NCBI RefSeq assembly: GCF_009914755.1
Contig: NC_060942.1
DNA length: 64,000 nucleotides
Strand: one strand, 5' to 3'
Source of the DNA: the human T2T-CHM13v2.0 reference genome, Homo sapiens
In this document: positions 1 through 17,189 of the stretch, piece after piece
Position numbering within the stretch: position 1 is the stretch's first letter
Layout of the letters: every line of letters starts with the position of its first letter
Made by a program: the position numbers and the translations under genes
The notes under the pieces: model-generated
What the model was told of the DNA's origin: nothing
The model's input: the letters and a program-made list of their open reading frames with translations, nothing else
The model's database searches: none

Positions 1-215
1 AGATATTGCCAAATGCAGATTCTTTATGTATTTTGTTAGGATGAAGTTTTCCCCACTTCCTCATGCAACTCCAACAGTAGTCATGAAGCAACCTGAAAGA
101 CTACTACATTCTTTTTCATCTGTGCTGCCTAAAGGTTTCTGTTTTATTGCTGTTTTGTTTCTAGCCTATTAACCTGCAATTCATTACCTACTATTCTTGT
201 TTATATTTATATTTG

Positions 216-676
216 CAGTTGCTCCTTGAACAATGTGGGGTTAAGGGTGCTGATCACCCCCTTATGCAGTTCAACATCTGTGTATAAATTTTGAGTTCCC
301 AAAAACTTAACTACTCATAGCCTACTGTTTACTGGAAGCCTTACCAACAAAACACAGTTAATTGACACATATATTGTATGCTATATGTGTTATGTATTGT
401 ATTCTTACAATAAAGTAAACATTCTTTTCTCTATCAAAAGTTTAGGGGAAAGAAAATGTTATCAAGAAAACCATAAGGAAAAGAAAATATATTTACTATT
501 CATTAAGTGGAAGTGGATCATCATAAAAGCCTTCATTCTCTTCGTCATGTTGAGTGAGCTGAGGAGGAGGCTGAAGAGGAGGGGTTGGTGTTGCTGTCTC
601 AGGGGTAGCAAAGGTGGAAGATCTGCATAGGAGTGGACCTGCACAGCTCAATCCTGTGTTGATCAAAGGTCAACTG
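216..676 (-). mobile_element. Tigger2a (TcMar-Tigger) non-autonomous DNA transposon, full length
   Basis: Terminal inverted repeats CAGTTGctCCTTGAACAA (from 216) and TTGAtCAAaGGTCAACTG (to 676), followed by TA at 677-678 (left flank reads TG). The interior matches the recalled Tigger2a consensus in reverse complement (e.g. cccaaaaacttaactactcatagcctactg). Confidence 0.88.
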
Positions 677-872
677 TACTTTGCATTATGTTTGCTTATA
701 TTTACTTTAAAATTTTCTATTAGTTTGAATCCAAGTTTAGTTGCTGATGAAAGGACTCAAATATAGTGATTTCAGAAACCAGGTTTATTCTCAAGTAAAG
801 GAAGTTCAGTGGTAGCTGGTCAAAAGCTGATATTGAAGGAAAACTGTGAAGTCACTAACCAAGGAATTTTCT

Positions 873-2539
<1,667 letters not shown>

Positions 2540-2736
2540 TTTTCTATTTTTCTTCTCTGAATGCCTTTAGCATTTAGCTTACTTGCCCAGGGTTACTCCA
2601 TGATGTAAGATGGCTGTTCGAACTCAGGGCGTCAGGTCAAATTGAGGACTGTAGTTACAGATTTTTCTAAACCACAAGAAGAAATATACAAATGTGCTGC
2701 AGAATTATTTTATTAGATATTTATTGTTCTGGACTA

Positions 2737-5818
<3,082 letters not shown>

Positions 5819-5884
5819 CATGATATTAGCTAGTTATTTTGCTCATTAGTTGATGCAGTTTCTTCCTAGCCTTGATGATCTTTA

Positions 5885-6897
5885 CAATTTGGCATGTTTT
5901 TGCTGTAGCTGGTACTGCTTGTTCCTTTCCATGTTTAGTGCTTCCTTCAGGAGCTCTTTTAGGGCAGGCCTGGTGGTGACAAAATCTCTCAGCATTTGCT
6001 TGTCTGTAAAGGATTTTATTTCTCCTTCACTTATGAAGCTTAGTTTGGCTGGGTATGAAATTCTGGGTTAAAAATTCTTTTCTTTAAGAATGTTGAATAT
6101 TGGCCCCCACTGTCTTCTGGCTTGTAGAGTTTTTGTCAAGAGATCTGCTGTTAGTCTGATTGGCTTTCCTTTGTGGGTAACCCAACCTTTCTCTCTGGCT
6201 GCCCTTAACATTTTTTCCTTCATTTCAACTTTGGTGAATATGACAATTATGTGTCTTGGAGTTGCTCTTCTCAGGGAGTATCTTTGTGGTGTTCTCTGTA
6301 TTTACTGAATTTGAATGTTGGCCTGCCTTGCTAGGTTGGGGAAGTTCTCCTGGATAATATCCTGAAGAGTGTTTTCCAACTTGGTTCAATTCTCCCCATC
6401 ACTTTCAGGTACACCAATCAGATATAGATTTGGTCTTTTCACGTAGTCCCATATTTCTTGGAGGCTTTGTTCATTTCTTTTTACTCTTTTTTCTCTAAAC
6501 TTCTCTTCTCGCTTCAGTTCATTTATTTGATCTTCAATCACTGATACCCTTTCTTCAAATCAGCTACTGAAGCTTGTGCATGTGTCACGTAGTTCTCATA
6601 CCATGGTTTTCAGCTCCGTCAGGTCATTTAAGGTCTTCTCTATGCTGGTTATTCTAGTCAGACATTCGTCTAATCTTTTTTCAAGGTTTTTAGCTTCTTT
6701 GTGATGGGTTCAAACACCCTCCTTTAGCTCAGAGAAGTTTGTTATTACCAATCTTCTAAAGCCTTCTTCTCTCAAATCGTCAGAGTCATTCTCTGTCCAG
6801 CTTTGTTCCATTGCTGGTAAGGAGCTGTGTTCCTTTGGAGAAGAGGCACTCTGATTTTTAGAATTTTCAGCTTTTCTGCTCTGGTTTCTCCCCCCTT
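5885..6897 (-). pseudogene. Disrupted L1 ORF1 (RNA-binding protein)
   Basis: Lies between the 5'UTR and the ORF2 start and matches the recalled ORF1 nucleotide sequence. The consensus start (ttctccccAT on +) reads ttctcccccct near 6895, so the ATG is lost. No long minus ORF in the track. Confidence 0.8.
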
Positions 6898-7705
6898 CTT
6901 TGTGGTTTATCTACCTTTGGTCTTTGATAATGTTGATGTACAGATGGGGTTTTGGTGTGGATGCCCTTTCTGTTTGTTAGTTTTCCTTCTAACAGTCAGG
7001 ACCCTCAGCTACAGGTCTGTTGGAGTTTGCTGCAGGTCCGCTTCAGACCCTGTTTGCCTGGGTATCACCAGCGGAGGCTGCAGAACCGTAAATATTGCAG
7101 AATGGTAAATGTTGCTGCCTGATCATTCCTCTGGAAGCTTCATCTCAGAGGGGCACTCGGCCGTGTGAGGTGTCAGTCAGCCCCTACTGGGAGATGCCTC
7201 CCAGTTAGGCTACTTGGGGGTCAGGGACCGACTTGAAGAGGCAGTCTTTCCATTCTCAGATCTCAAACTCCGTTATGGAAGATCCACTACTCTCTTCAAA
7301 GCTGTCAGACAAGGACGTTTAAGTCTGCAGAAGTTTCTGCTGCCTTTTGTTCAGCTATGCCCTGCCCCCAGAGGTGAAGTCTGCAGAGGCAGGCAGGCCT
7401 CCTTGAGCTGCGGTGGGCTCCACCCAGTTCGAGCTTCCTGGCTGCCTTGTTTACCTACTCAAGCCTCAGCAAGGGCGGGCACCCCTCCCCCAGCCTCGCT
7501 GCCACCTTGCAGTTCGGTCTCAGACTGCTGAGCTAGCAGTGAGCAAAGCTCCATGGGCGTGGGACCCTCTGAGCCAGGCGTGGGATATAGTCTCCTGGTG
7601 TGCTCTTTGCTCAGTTGGAAATGCAGAAATCACCCGTCTTCTATGTCACTCATGCTGGGAGCTGTAGACTGGAGCTGTTCCTATTCGGCCATCTTGAAAC
7701 CTCCC
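6898..7705 (-). promoter_or_regulatory. L1 5'UTR (sense promoter with YY1 site; antisense promoter/ORF0 region) with an internal deletion
   Basis: YY1 core (GGCCATCTT on +) at 7687-7695. ORF0-like peptide AGTPPPASLPPCS on +. Junction tttgct|cagttggaaatg at ~7611 skips roughly 190-200 nt of the recalled consensus. Confidence 0.75.
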
Positions 7706-8639
7706 ACCTCAATTGTGCCCCTTCTTATAATATTCTTAGTTGTACTTACTTGTCTCACAGTTATTCAATGTCTGTTATCCTAAGATAAAATGTCCTGTCT
7801 CTAAACTTTACCAGAAGATGATTCAACAAATCTTTCAAATAGAAAAAACAAAGAGCATAAAATGCTGCTGATTAATGCTTAAGCTGAAAATAATTATTTC
7901 TGCAGACAGAATCACATTTTCAATAAGAATCACAACATGAAGATCTGAACAAGTCTTGATGGGCTTCCTGTAGCATCAGCTGAGCGAGAATGGAAAGGAG
8001 AGTTCAACAGTTTTTGAAATTTCACACATTCTAGGAAAGACTGATATTGTTCCAAAGCCAACAGAACTGGTATTAAACTGATCTATCAGTTGAAACCAAA
8101 CTAAAACAAACAAAATCTCTCCTTAATAAACATGATCTCTATTGCAAGTTAACCAGTGAGCAATAGTCCTTTCCTTCTGAAAGCCACCCAGGCAAGAAGG
8201 GATTCACTCCAAGAAACATATTTCAGAATATCAAACATTAAATAGTCTCACATGAGTAATAATGCTTCTACCCAGTTGAAGATACACCAATCTTCACCCC
8301 CATACTTCCTCTAAACCCATATAAGGTCATCAGTCCCTTCTATTAAGAGAGACTGTGCCTGATAAGCATAGTTTCTCATTTCTAGAGCAAGCAGAAATTG
8401 TGCCTTCTGTTTCCTCATTTCAGATATTCAGTGACGATCTTATTATCCTTTAGTACCAGTATGAATTCTAGGTTTCTGGTTTCGGCAAGCCCATGAACAA
8501 ATAGTTAGTGTGACATATTTTTCCAGTTTTCTTAAAAGAGTCCTGACTTACATGTGGGCATCCCACGCAGTTAACCCCTCCATTAACTTCAAAAGTCTTA
8601 CAGTATGGATAATAAGTTATGCATTCATTCAAATATCGT

Positions 8640-9200
8640 AGCATTCATAGAGATAATAAAATGATGACATTCTTTTTTGGACATTTTGTATTGAAAGTCT
8701 TTGTGAAACAGCCAAGTAAAAATTTTCAGTAAGATGGCTTATCATCACAATTATATGGTGAGTAACTGAAATCTCTGGAGTAATGGGGATCATATAAAAA
8801 GAAGAGACTGAAAGATGAGAGAAGAACTAAGATGAGTAGGAATTATTATCATTGAAGGAAAAATAACTCAAGAAGAGCACCCAGAAGTGTAACTGAAAAA
8901 TCAGAAGAAAACAATGTCATCAAAGTCATAGGAAGAGAGTCATTTAAGGGTCGATGCATGTTCAGCATTTGGTGCGTATTGCAGACCTAACAGGTAAAGT
9001 TCTCAGAATATCTACACTGATGATTTTAGGAAGAACAATTTCAGTGGAGTAATTAATGAAGAAACAACTCAAATTATTGTGCAGTGATGTGTCAAAAGAA
9101 CTATGAAAAAATAGATATCATGAATATAAATAGTACTTTTCAAAAGAGTGGCTTTGAGAAGATAGGGAAGAGATTACACACTAGTTGAAGAAATGGGCTT
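8640..9200 (+). mobile_element. Degraded LINE-2 fragment (probably continuing ~9700-9850)
   Basis: Purine-rich L2-like motifs (ggaagagagtcatttaaggg, acaatttcagtggagt). Highly diverged; boundaries approximate. Confidence 0.45.
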
Positions 9201-9221
9201 AGTTTTATTTTCCACTTTGAA

Positions 9222-9690
9222 AATATGGATGAATGAGCTGGGAGGACATTATGTTCAGTGAAATAAGTCAGGCACAGAAAGACAAATACTGTGTGATCTC
9301 ACTTAGATGTGGAATCTAACAATGCTGAACTCACAGAAGTAGAGAATAGAGTAGTGGCTACTAGGGGCTGAAAGAAGGGGGAGTTGAGGAGATATCCCTC
9401 AAAGGATACAAGATTTCTGCTAGATAGGAGGAATAAGCTCAAGGGGTCTATTGTACAATATGGTCACTATAGTTAATAATAATGTATTCTCGAAAATTGC
9501 TAAAATAGTAGTTATACTATTTCAAGTGTTCTCATCAAAATAATAACTATGTGAGGTAATAATGCATATGTTATTTAGCTCAATTTAGTCATTACACAAT
9601 GTATACATATTTCAAAAACATGTTGTACACAGTAAATATATACAATTTTTATCTGTCAATGAAAACCTAAATTTAAAAACCTTAAAAAAA
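9222..9690 (+). mobile_element. L1MA (L1MA7-9-like) 3' end
   Basis: ggaggacattatgttcagtgaaataagtcaggcacagaaagacaaatac ... taaatatatacaatttttatctgtcaat followed by an A-rich tail. Confidence 0.85.
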
Positions 9691-10421
9691 GTGAGGTTAG
9701 TCATATTTAAATATTGATAGAAAGAGTCTGGGAGAAATAGAATTTGATAAAAAATGTGCTGAGATAAATCAATTGAATGAATTTTTAGGGCAGTAGAGAT
9801 GGCATGCTGACCACAGTGGAGTATTAGCCTTAGATCAGTGGAACCATAAGATTTCCATTATACTATAATGACAGTCAGCAAGGAGGTTCTTGGATATTAT
9901 GAATGTCAGTAAAAAGTCTCTTTTCTTTGTCCAAGCTCTGAAGCAACTGAAAGACACACACAGATGGTAGCATAAGAGAATAGAGATTTAAATGTCCATT
10001 TTACCTGGAAGAAAGGTACATTGGAAGAGATGGCTTAGGGCTGTAGTCAAATGAGCTTGCTTACATTGCATGCTAAAATTTACCCTCAACTCTGAACACC
10101 CCCTAGAACTCTGTTCTTATAAAGGTTAAGCACAGAAATCTAAATGAAGGTTTTCTATGGGAAAACTGGCTCACTAGAAAATAATAATAATAATAAGAAA
10201 GATAGAGAGAAGTATGTAGCTAAGCATGTCTATTCATGTAAATTGGGTAATTGGTTGGTGGAAATATAAAACAGGTCACAAGATTGACCCTTGGGAAGTA
10301 CTTCACATGGAGACCAGGGTAGTAGCAAAATCAGATGTGTACAGTTGTAGTTACTTTTGTAGATTTGTTGAGGAGAAATTAATTCTTTACTCATGATTTA
10401 TTTGTGGTAATAAGCAAAGAT

Positions 10422-10545
10422 ATCTTTGAGGCATTGTATATGTTAATTAGCTCGATTTAGCTATTCCATGGGATATTTCAAAACAATATGATAAACATGA
10501 TAAATATATACAATTTTTATTTGTCAATTAAAACTTTTAAAAAGT
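10422..10545 (+). mobile_element. Short L1MA 3'-terminal fragment
   Basis: tatgttaattagctcgatttagctattcc ... aaatatatacaatttttatttgtcaattaaaa, paralogous to 9565-9665. Confidence 0.7.
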
Positions 10546-13343
10546 GAGATAAAAGAGCATTTACTGCCCAGCACTTTTGTGAGAACAAATATACTACTTG
10601 GATGCTGTTACAAAGCGTGAGAAAGCTCACTATAAATGCTAGAAAATGATGTTTTTTAAAAAGGCATTTGAGGGCCCAATTGAAGTTGCAACCCTGGAAT
10701 TTATAATGCTACCAAACCACCTGGTTACATAATTATTTTTATACCAACACAAAGAAAAGGAAAACTTTATATCGATCTATGAATGAAATTACTTTCATGA
10801 ATGTGCAGCAGTGATAGAAAAGGAAATGAAAGTTCTTCCAAGAGAGTAGTTGAAGTTTTAGACTATAAGAAAAATAGATATCAAGAAATTTGAAGTTCTC
10901 ATGTGATTAAAAAAAAGTATTTAAATAACTGAATGGAAGTTTTATAAGTTTAAAGCATTGTGTTCAGATACTGTGACATATTTGATATATGATGATATTT
11001 GAATATAGATTCTGGTATCTCACATACATTTGTGTTTTTAAGTCCCACCACTGAAAATTCTAATGAGTGTAGAATATTTTTTTGAGTCAGAATTAGATTA
11101 ATACGTTTCTGTTTACTTTTGTTGAGCTGCCAAAGCTTCTGCCACCTTAAGAAAATCAATTACAGCCAATTTATGTCTGGATTTCAGGAAAGCTATTTGC
11201 AAGAATCTAAATTTAGGAAAACAAAATCCTATCACTCTGCTGTTCAAAATTGTAAGCCAATATTGGTAAAAATATATTAAATTGCTATAAGCACAATAAT
11301 ACAAGAACATTTAAAACTATCAATACCATTGCTTTTTTAACAAGTTCTAGCAAATTTTGATTGATAAGTAATTTTATATTGAATGGACCAAATTTGTTTA
11401 GATTTGGATTAATATACTATAGTTGGGATAGACAGATGGATAAAAAATACGCCTGACTTATTTTATATGCATTAGCTATTCCAAGAACAAGCATTTTTGT
11501 CTCTTCTTTCCAGGCTATGTCACAGGCACCAGGCATGAATTTTTAAAATCTAGGTCGGTGGTTAGCAATTGAAGAAACAAAGTATCAGAATATTGTAAAT
11601 ATCTGAAATGTATATTTGAATTTTCCATCCTCTACTGACTTCTATATTCTACCTGTCTTCATGTAATATAGAAGATATCAATACCTGTAGGTGGCAGGTA
11701 AGACATTGAGTATTTTAAGAAAAGATCTTTAAATGATCATTTTGATAATTTGATGGGCACCTCTGGTTAAGCGTTAACTCTCCAATTCCCAATAGCAGAA
11801 ACCATTCTAAACCAAAAGAGGTCCTTCACTCTAACAGCTAGTGGTGATAGTCACACTACCAAGAAAACTGTCCTATGACTTTAAAACCACCACACGTGGC
11901 ATAAACTATCCTGGAGTCTGTATCCAAGCAAAATACTTAAACCATGGAGGAAGTAACGTATTTCTCTTTCCATTTAAGCCATTTGAAATTCCAATTTAAC
12001 AAAAGTATAAATAGAAAAACCAATTATTTTCATCAAAATATTAGTTTATACTTTAGTAAATTTATTAAACTATTTTTGACTTTATAAACTCTAGGATTGT
12101 TGAAGCCAAGTGCACCTTTATCAAGGGACTGATCAAAATAAGATTGCAGATCAGCTGAGTCTCATTATAATATAAAAGATATTCTCCAAATTTTTATTAC
12201 TGAGTTTTAGTAAAGGACAAAATAATTGGCAAACTATAGCAAACATATTTAAAGGTATTTTCCATAGAATAAAAAGAGACACAATTTCTGTAACATTTCT
12301 TTAACCTCTAATTGATAGGTAATCACAATGGAGATAATGGTTTCTAAGCCCCTATATCTAAGCTGCTCTTATATCCATGAAGCCCTATAGTCGATGTCAC
12401 AATTCAACTTTTAACATTCATTGATGGCCATAAAAGCGTAATTGATAACATTGAAATGGTGACCACTGTGTTCCTCCAAAGCTCTTTCCTGTAATAAAAT
12501 ATATAAAAGGAAATTATCATAGTTTATTAGCAATCATTTTCCACTTTAAAAATTTAACACTGCCTAGAAAAAATTTCACATTAAACTAGCACCTGTGAAA
12601 TTCTTCCACAAGGATAACTAAATTTTCTTTCATGATAATTCCCTTTTCTATACATAAAATAATGATCAGCAAACCATATACCAGGAGAAAACTTTAACAT
12701 GCTTTTAAACAGCATCTACTATTTAAGTATTTAAACTAGCCAATTTAACAGAAAGTAATGAAACCATTTTCTTTGTCCACTGACATTTTGACTCTACATA
12801 AAAGTAACACTGGTAGACTCTTACTTGTGACCTACTTCATTTATTTTTTTTTTTTACAAAACCAATCTTTAAAAGTCTATCGTGCAAGGCCACAGGCAAG
12901 ATTTTATGCGGTAAGTAAGAAACCCACATGGATAATATTATTTAACAAAAATCCATTTTAGGAAAATAATTGGCTTCTATGAAGAATCTGTGTTAATCAA
13001 ACAGGCTACAGTACACAGCCATTTGCTCTGAAGGCTAAGCAGGCTTGTACCTACTGTAAATACAACCTCTGATATGTGATGCCGAGTTTCCACAGCCTAA
13101 TCCCTCAGAATCAGATCAGAACCATGGAGCTCTCTTGCTGTGAGCTCTAATATACTAACAATTTTTAGAAAAACAAATTTCTACCTCTTAGTCTCTAACA
13201 TTGTTCTAGGCAATAAAGAAAGATCTTGGTTTTTCTTTTTCAATGCTTGAGATAGGGGTATAGGTGACTAAGGCCTGGGACACATGGTAGGTTATTAATG
13301 TGGAATGATCAGTCACTTATTTTAAAGATAATTACGTATTTTA

Positions 13344-13700
<357 letters not shown>

Positions 13701-13736
13701 TCAGGTCCACTTTTTTCTTCTTACTTTAGGTGATCC

Positions 13737-14384
13737 TGTGGCAGGCCAGGTCTCACTAACAGCTGAACAGGCAGGCCTCCATGGCAACTGTTTCAGCACT
13801 GAGTAGTTAAGTTTAATAGAGCCAGTGTCCTCATACGTAGGCTGGAATGCAACAAAATCCCACCAATAGTTTTGCCTAGTCCTTTCTTGGGCCTTGGAGC
13901 ATGACAAGATAACGAAGGAATTCTTAACAGGACCCCTTTACAATTAAATATGTTTTATTGGGGGCCTGAAGGACCTCCCCAGACTGCCACAAGCAAGCTT
14001 TACTGGGGACTAAAGGAACTCCCCAAACCTCCATGATTTAGTAGGAGACAAGATAAGGGTAATCTCTGTGGTGCCTGGACCCATTTAGATTAAGTAAATT
14101 TACTCAGGCTCCAGAGGAAGGTCTTCAAGACTCAGATCTTAGTTATAGATTAGAAGTTAATCACTTATGTCTTTAGATGAATGCACACTTACATGTAGAC
14201 ATATAGCTTAGAAGTTATATAAGCTCTGCAAAACTTTGTAATTTTGAGTTGGTCTGGTGATATTTCCCCAGCCTTCTTCCTATACCCGGTTACAGAAATA
14301 AACTCTGTTCTTTCCCAGTTCATCTTCATCTCGTTATTGGGCCACAAAAATATGCAGCCTGACCCTTGGTTTGGTCCGAGAACA
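13737..14384 (+). mobile_element. ERV1-class solo LTR (648 bp; recalled as LTR15-like, name uncertain)
   Basis: TG...CA termini (TGTGGCAGGCCAGGTCTCACTAAC ... GGTCCGAGAACA). TATATAA at 14216 and AATAAA at 14297 in LTR order. Flanks atcc/attc are a 3/4 match for a 4-bp TSD. Confidence 0.8.
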
Positions 14385-14499
14385 ATTCCACTATAAAATG
14401 TGGATTTATTATTGAATTATATCCTGTCTTTGAGGAGCAAGTAATAGGATTCACAATTCAATCTCCTGTACCCCATGTATTAATTGGCTTACATGGCTG

Positions 14500-14900
14500 G
14501 AAGTCCATGTCAGACAGGGAAGGCTTTGCTTCAGGCCTAATCCAGTTTCATTGTTCTCTGACTTTGTCATCTGGCCCCTCTTCTGTGTGCTAGCTTCATC
14601 CAGAAGTTAGCCTCTTTCACAACAGTAAAATGCATACAGCAATTTCAGGCTTTCCACACACTAAGTTTCCCAGAGATGAGCAGAGTTTCTTTTTCTGTGG
14701 CTCATACGCTAAGATATTTCTTCCCAGAAGCTTCCAGCAAAACTCCCCTCGAGTCATATGTGTGTGAATAGAGTCATAAGCCAACCTCTGAATCAATCTT
14801 TGTATCAAAGTGATCAAAGTGGTGGAATTAACTCTGGATCAATGATGCCTCATCCTTGGAACTAGTAATGAAGTCAGTTTCTGATCAGCTTCCTTAACAG
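14500..14900 (-). mobile_element. Old MaLR LTR remnant (MLT1-type)
   Basis: MLT1-like motifs (ctgtgtgctagcttcatcc, cccagaagcttccagcaaaactcccc). Diverged. Confidence 0.4.
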
Positions 14901-15599
14901 AAGTCAAACAAAAACCTACCAAAAATAGGTATCATTGTTATGAAAAGTGAAAATATTTTAGATTCTGAGTTTTCTTCTCACAAAAGATTATTCAAAACTA
15001 AGTTTAAGAGATATATAGTTTTAACAAGACACCAGAGTATGAGTGATATATTACAATATTAATGATATTTATAGAATAGCTAAGATTTAAAAATAATTGT
15101 AATTATATTGATATAGTGAGTTAGAAAATTATTAATAGCAATTACTCATCAAGGAAAGAGTTTGTTATTTTGAGGATTGTCGTCAAAGCTGAAGAACTAC
15201 AATAAAACAAACAGAATTTTATCACATAACTTAGAAATAGTAAAACACACCCCAGAATATTAACTGAGATATTTCCTCATAACCAGTATGTTTGGAGTAT
15301 AGCATATAAGAATAGATAATAAAAAATGTTCATTAAACAACAACCAAGAGGTTGAAACAATTTTGATTAATCTATTTATGTCATGGATTCTTTACAAAAA
15401 ATTTCTTCTGGTTTGCCTCTTGCTTAAGCATTACAATTCTAGTATTACATCTTATTCTAAATAAATTATTATATATTTTAAACTGTTTTCAAAGATATGT
15501 ATGCATGATAAAATTGTCTGACATTTTGAAAATTGGATTCTCTTGAAATTGAATGAATTGAACTGAATCAATTTGGTGATTTTTCTGAAGATTCTTGTT

Positions 15600-16090
15600 T
15601 TGGTTAATTATTGCTGCATAACATATTACCACAAATCATAATGGCTTAAAACAACAGCCATTTATTTTACTCATAAATCTGCAATTTGAGTAGAGCTTTG
15701 TTGGAATGATTCTTCCCTGCTCCTCATAGCATTATCAAAGGCTGCCCTAACAGGGGCTAGAAGACCCACTTTCAAAATAGTTCACTCACATGACTGAAGA
15801 GTATGTGGGACTTCAGCTGTGCTAGTGGGATTGGCACCCATGGCTGACTGGGCATCCTCAGAGCAGGAGCGTGGTGGGTGGGTTCCAAAAGCAAGCCTCA
15901 CAAGAAAGCAAAGCAGAAGTGCATGGGAGTGTATGATCTAGCTTCAGAAGTCACAGAACATCAATTCTAGCATACTGCATACAACAAGGAAATTACAAAA
16001 GGCCACCTAGGCTTACAGCACCAAGACATGATGTAACCAGTTCCTAAGAAGCATATAAGATGAGAGATATTGCAGCACCCCCATGTGCAA
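15600..16090 (-). mobile_element. MaLR LTR (MLT1G/H-like)
   Basis: ttattgctgcataacatattaccac...atggcttaaaacaac is the typical reverse-complement MLT1 3' end; tagcttcagaagtcacagaacatca internal motif. Confidence 0.65.
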
Positions 16091-16201
16091 AATACAACCC
16101 GAGTCAACCCCCAGCAATTACTTTCTTCTTCTTCCCTCTCTCTTCTCCCTTGCTCCTGCCATCTCTCTTTTATCTTTACTGTGTGGATTTATTTAACCAA
16201 T

Positions 16202-16561
16202 TTATATGGTTTGGCTCTGTGTCCCCACCCAAATCTCACCTTGAATTGTAATAATCCCCACATGACATGGGAGGGAATGGGTAGGAGGTAATTGAATCAT
16301 GGGGGTGAATTTTTTCTGTGCTGTTCTTATGATAGTGAATAAATCTTACAAGACCTGATGGTTTTATAAAGAGGAGTTTCCCCGCACATGCTCTCTTGCC
16401 TGCTGCCATGTGAGATGTGACTTTGCTCCTCCTTTGCCTTCTGTCATGATTATGAGGCCTCCCCAGTCATGTGGAACTGTGAGTCAATTAAACCTCTTTC
16501 CTTTATAAATCACACAGTCTTGGGTATGTCTTTATTAGCAGCATGATCATGGACTAATACA
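16202..16561 (+). mobile_element. THE1 (THE1C/D-like) MaLR solo LTR
   Basis: atatggtttggctctgtgtccccacccaaatctcaccttgaattgtaataatcccc ... ggactaataca; 360 bp. Confidence 0.92.
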
Positions 16562-16804
16562 CCTACTATCTATTTATAGAAATGAAGTTGGAGAGCTACT
16601 GGTTGGGGAGATATGAAAGAAAGAATGTAATAAACAATCAATCCCACAATCCTGGTTATTAGCCACTCACTTCTCCTAATCCATACACTTACCCCAAACT
16701 TCTTGGTATCTTTCATGTTCCTGTGGTCATAGTTTAGGTTATCTGTTATTTCTTTGCATCCATATGCATTCATTTAGATACTATACAAATAAATACTGCA
16801 AAAT

Positions 16805-16995
16805 ATTTGGAAGCAGACAAATGGGTTTTAATCTTGGCTCTGCTATTTATTAACAATGTGTTTTTAGTCAGTGGCTTCATGCACCTCAATATATGTAAAA
16901 TGGAGATAATGATGTATAGAGCTTCTGGGTGTATTAAAGAATTATATAGAAAATACTTAGCACGTAAGTGCCCAATAAATGGTAGCTATTCATAA
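16805..16995 (+). mobile_element. MIR SINE
   Basis: gggttttaatcttggctctgcta; tgtaaaatggagataat core; 3' end aagtgcccaataaatggtagctatt. Confidence 0.75.
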
Positions 16996-17026
16996 TCATT
17001 CATTCAAGCATGCATGAGACATTTTA

Positions 17027-17035
17027 TATGTATAT

Positions 17036-17066
<31 letters not shown>

Positions 17067-17072
17067 CATATA
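17027..17072. repeat. (TA)n/(CA)n compound microsatellite
   Basis: Read directly from the sequence. Confidence 0.9.
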
Positions 17073-17189
17073 GAATTATAGAATTATAAATGAGCTATTG
17101 AGTTTGCATTTATGAACCTGCAGTTAATTAGGGGAGATGATCCTATAACAAATCTTTTCAGACTATTTGGGGAGATTAAAAAAGGGGGT

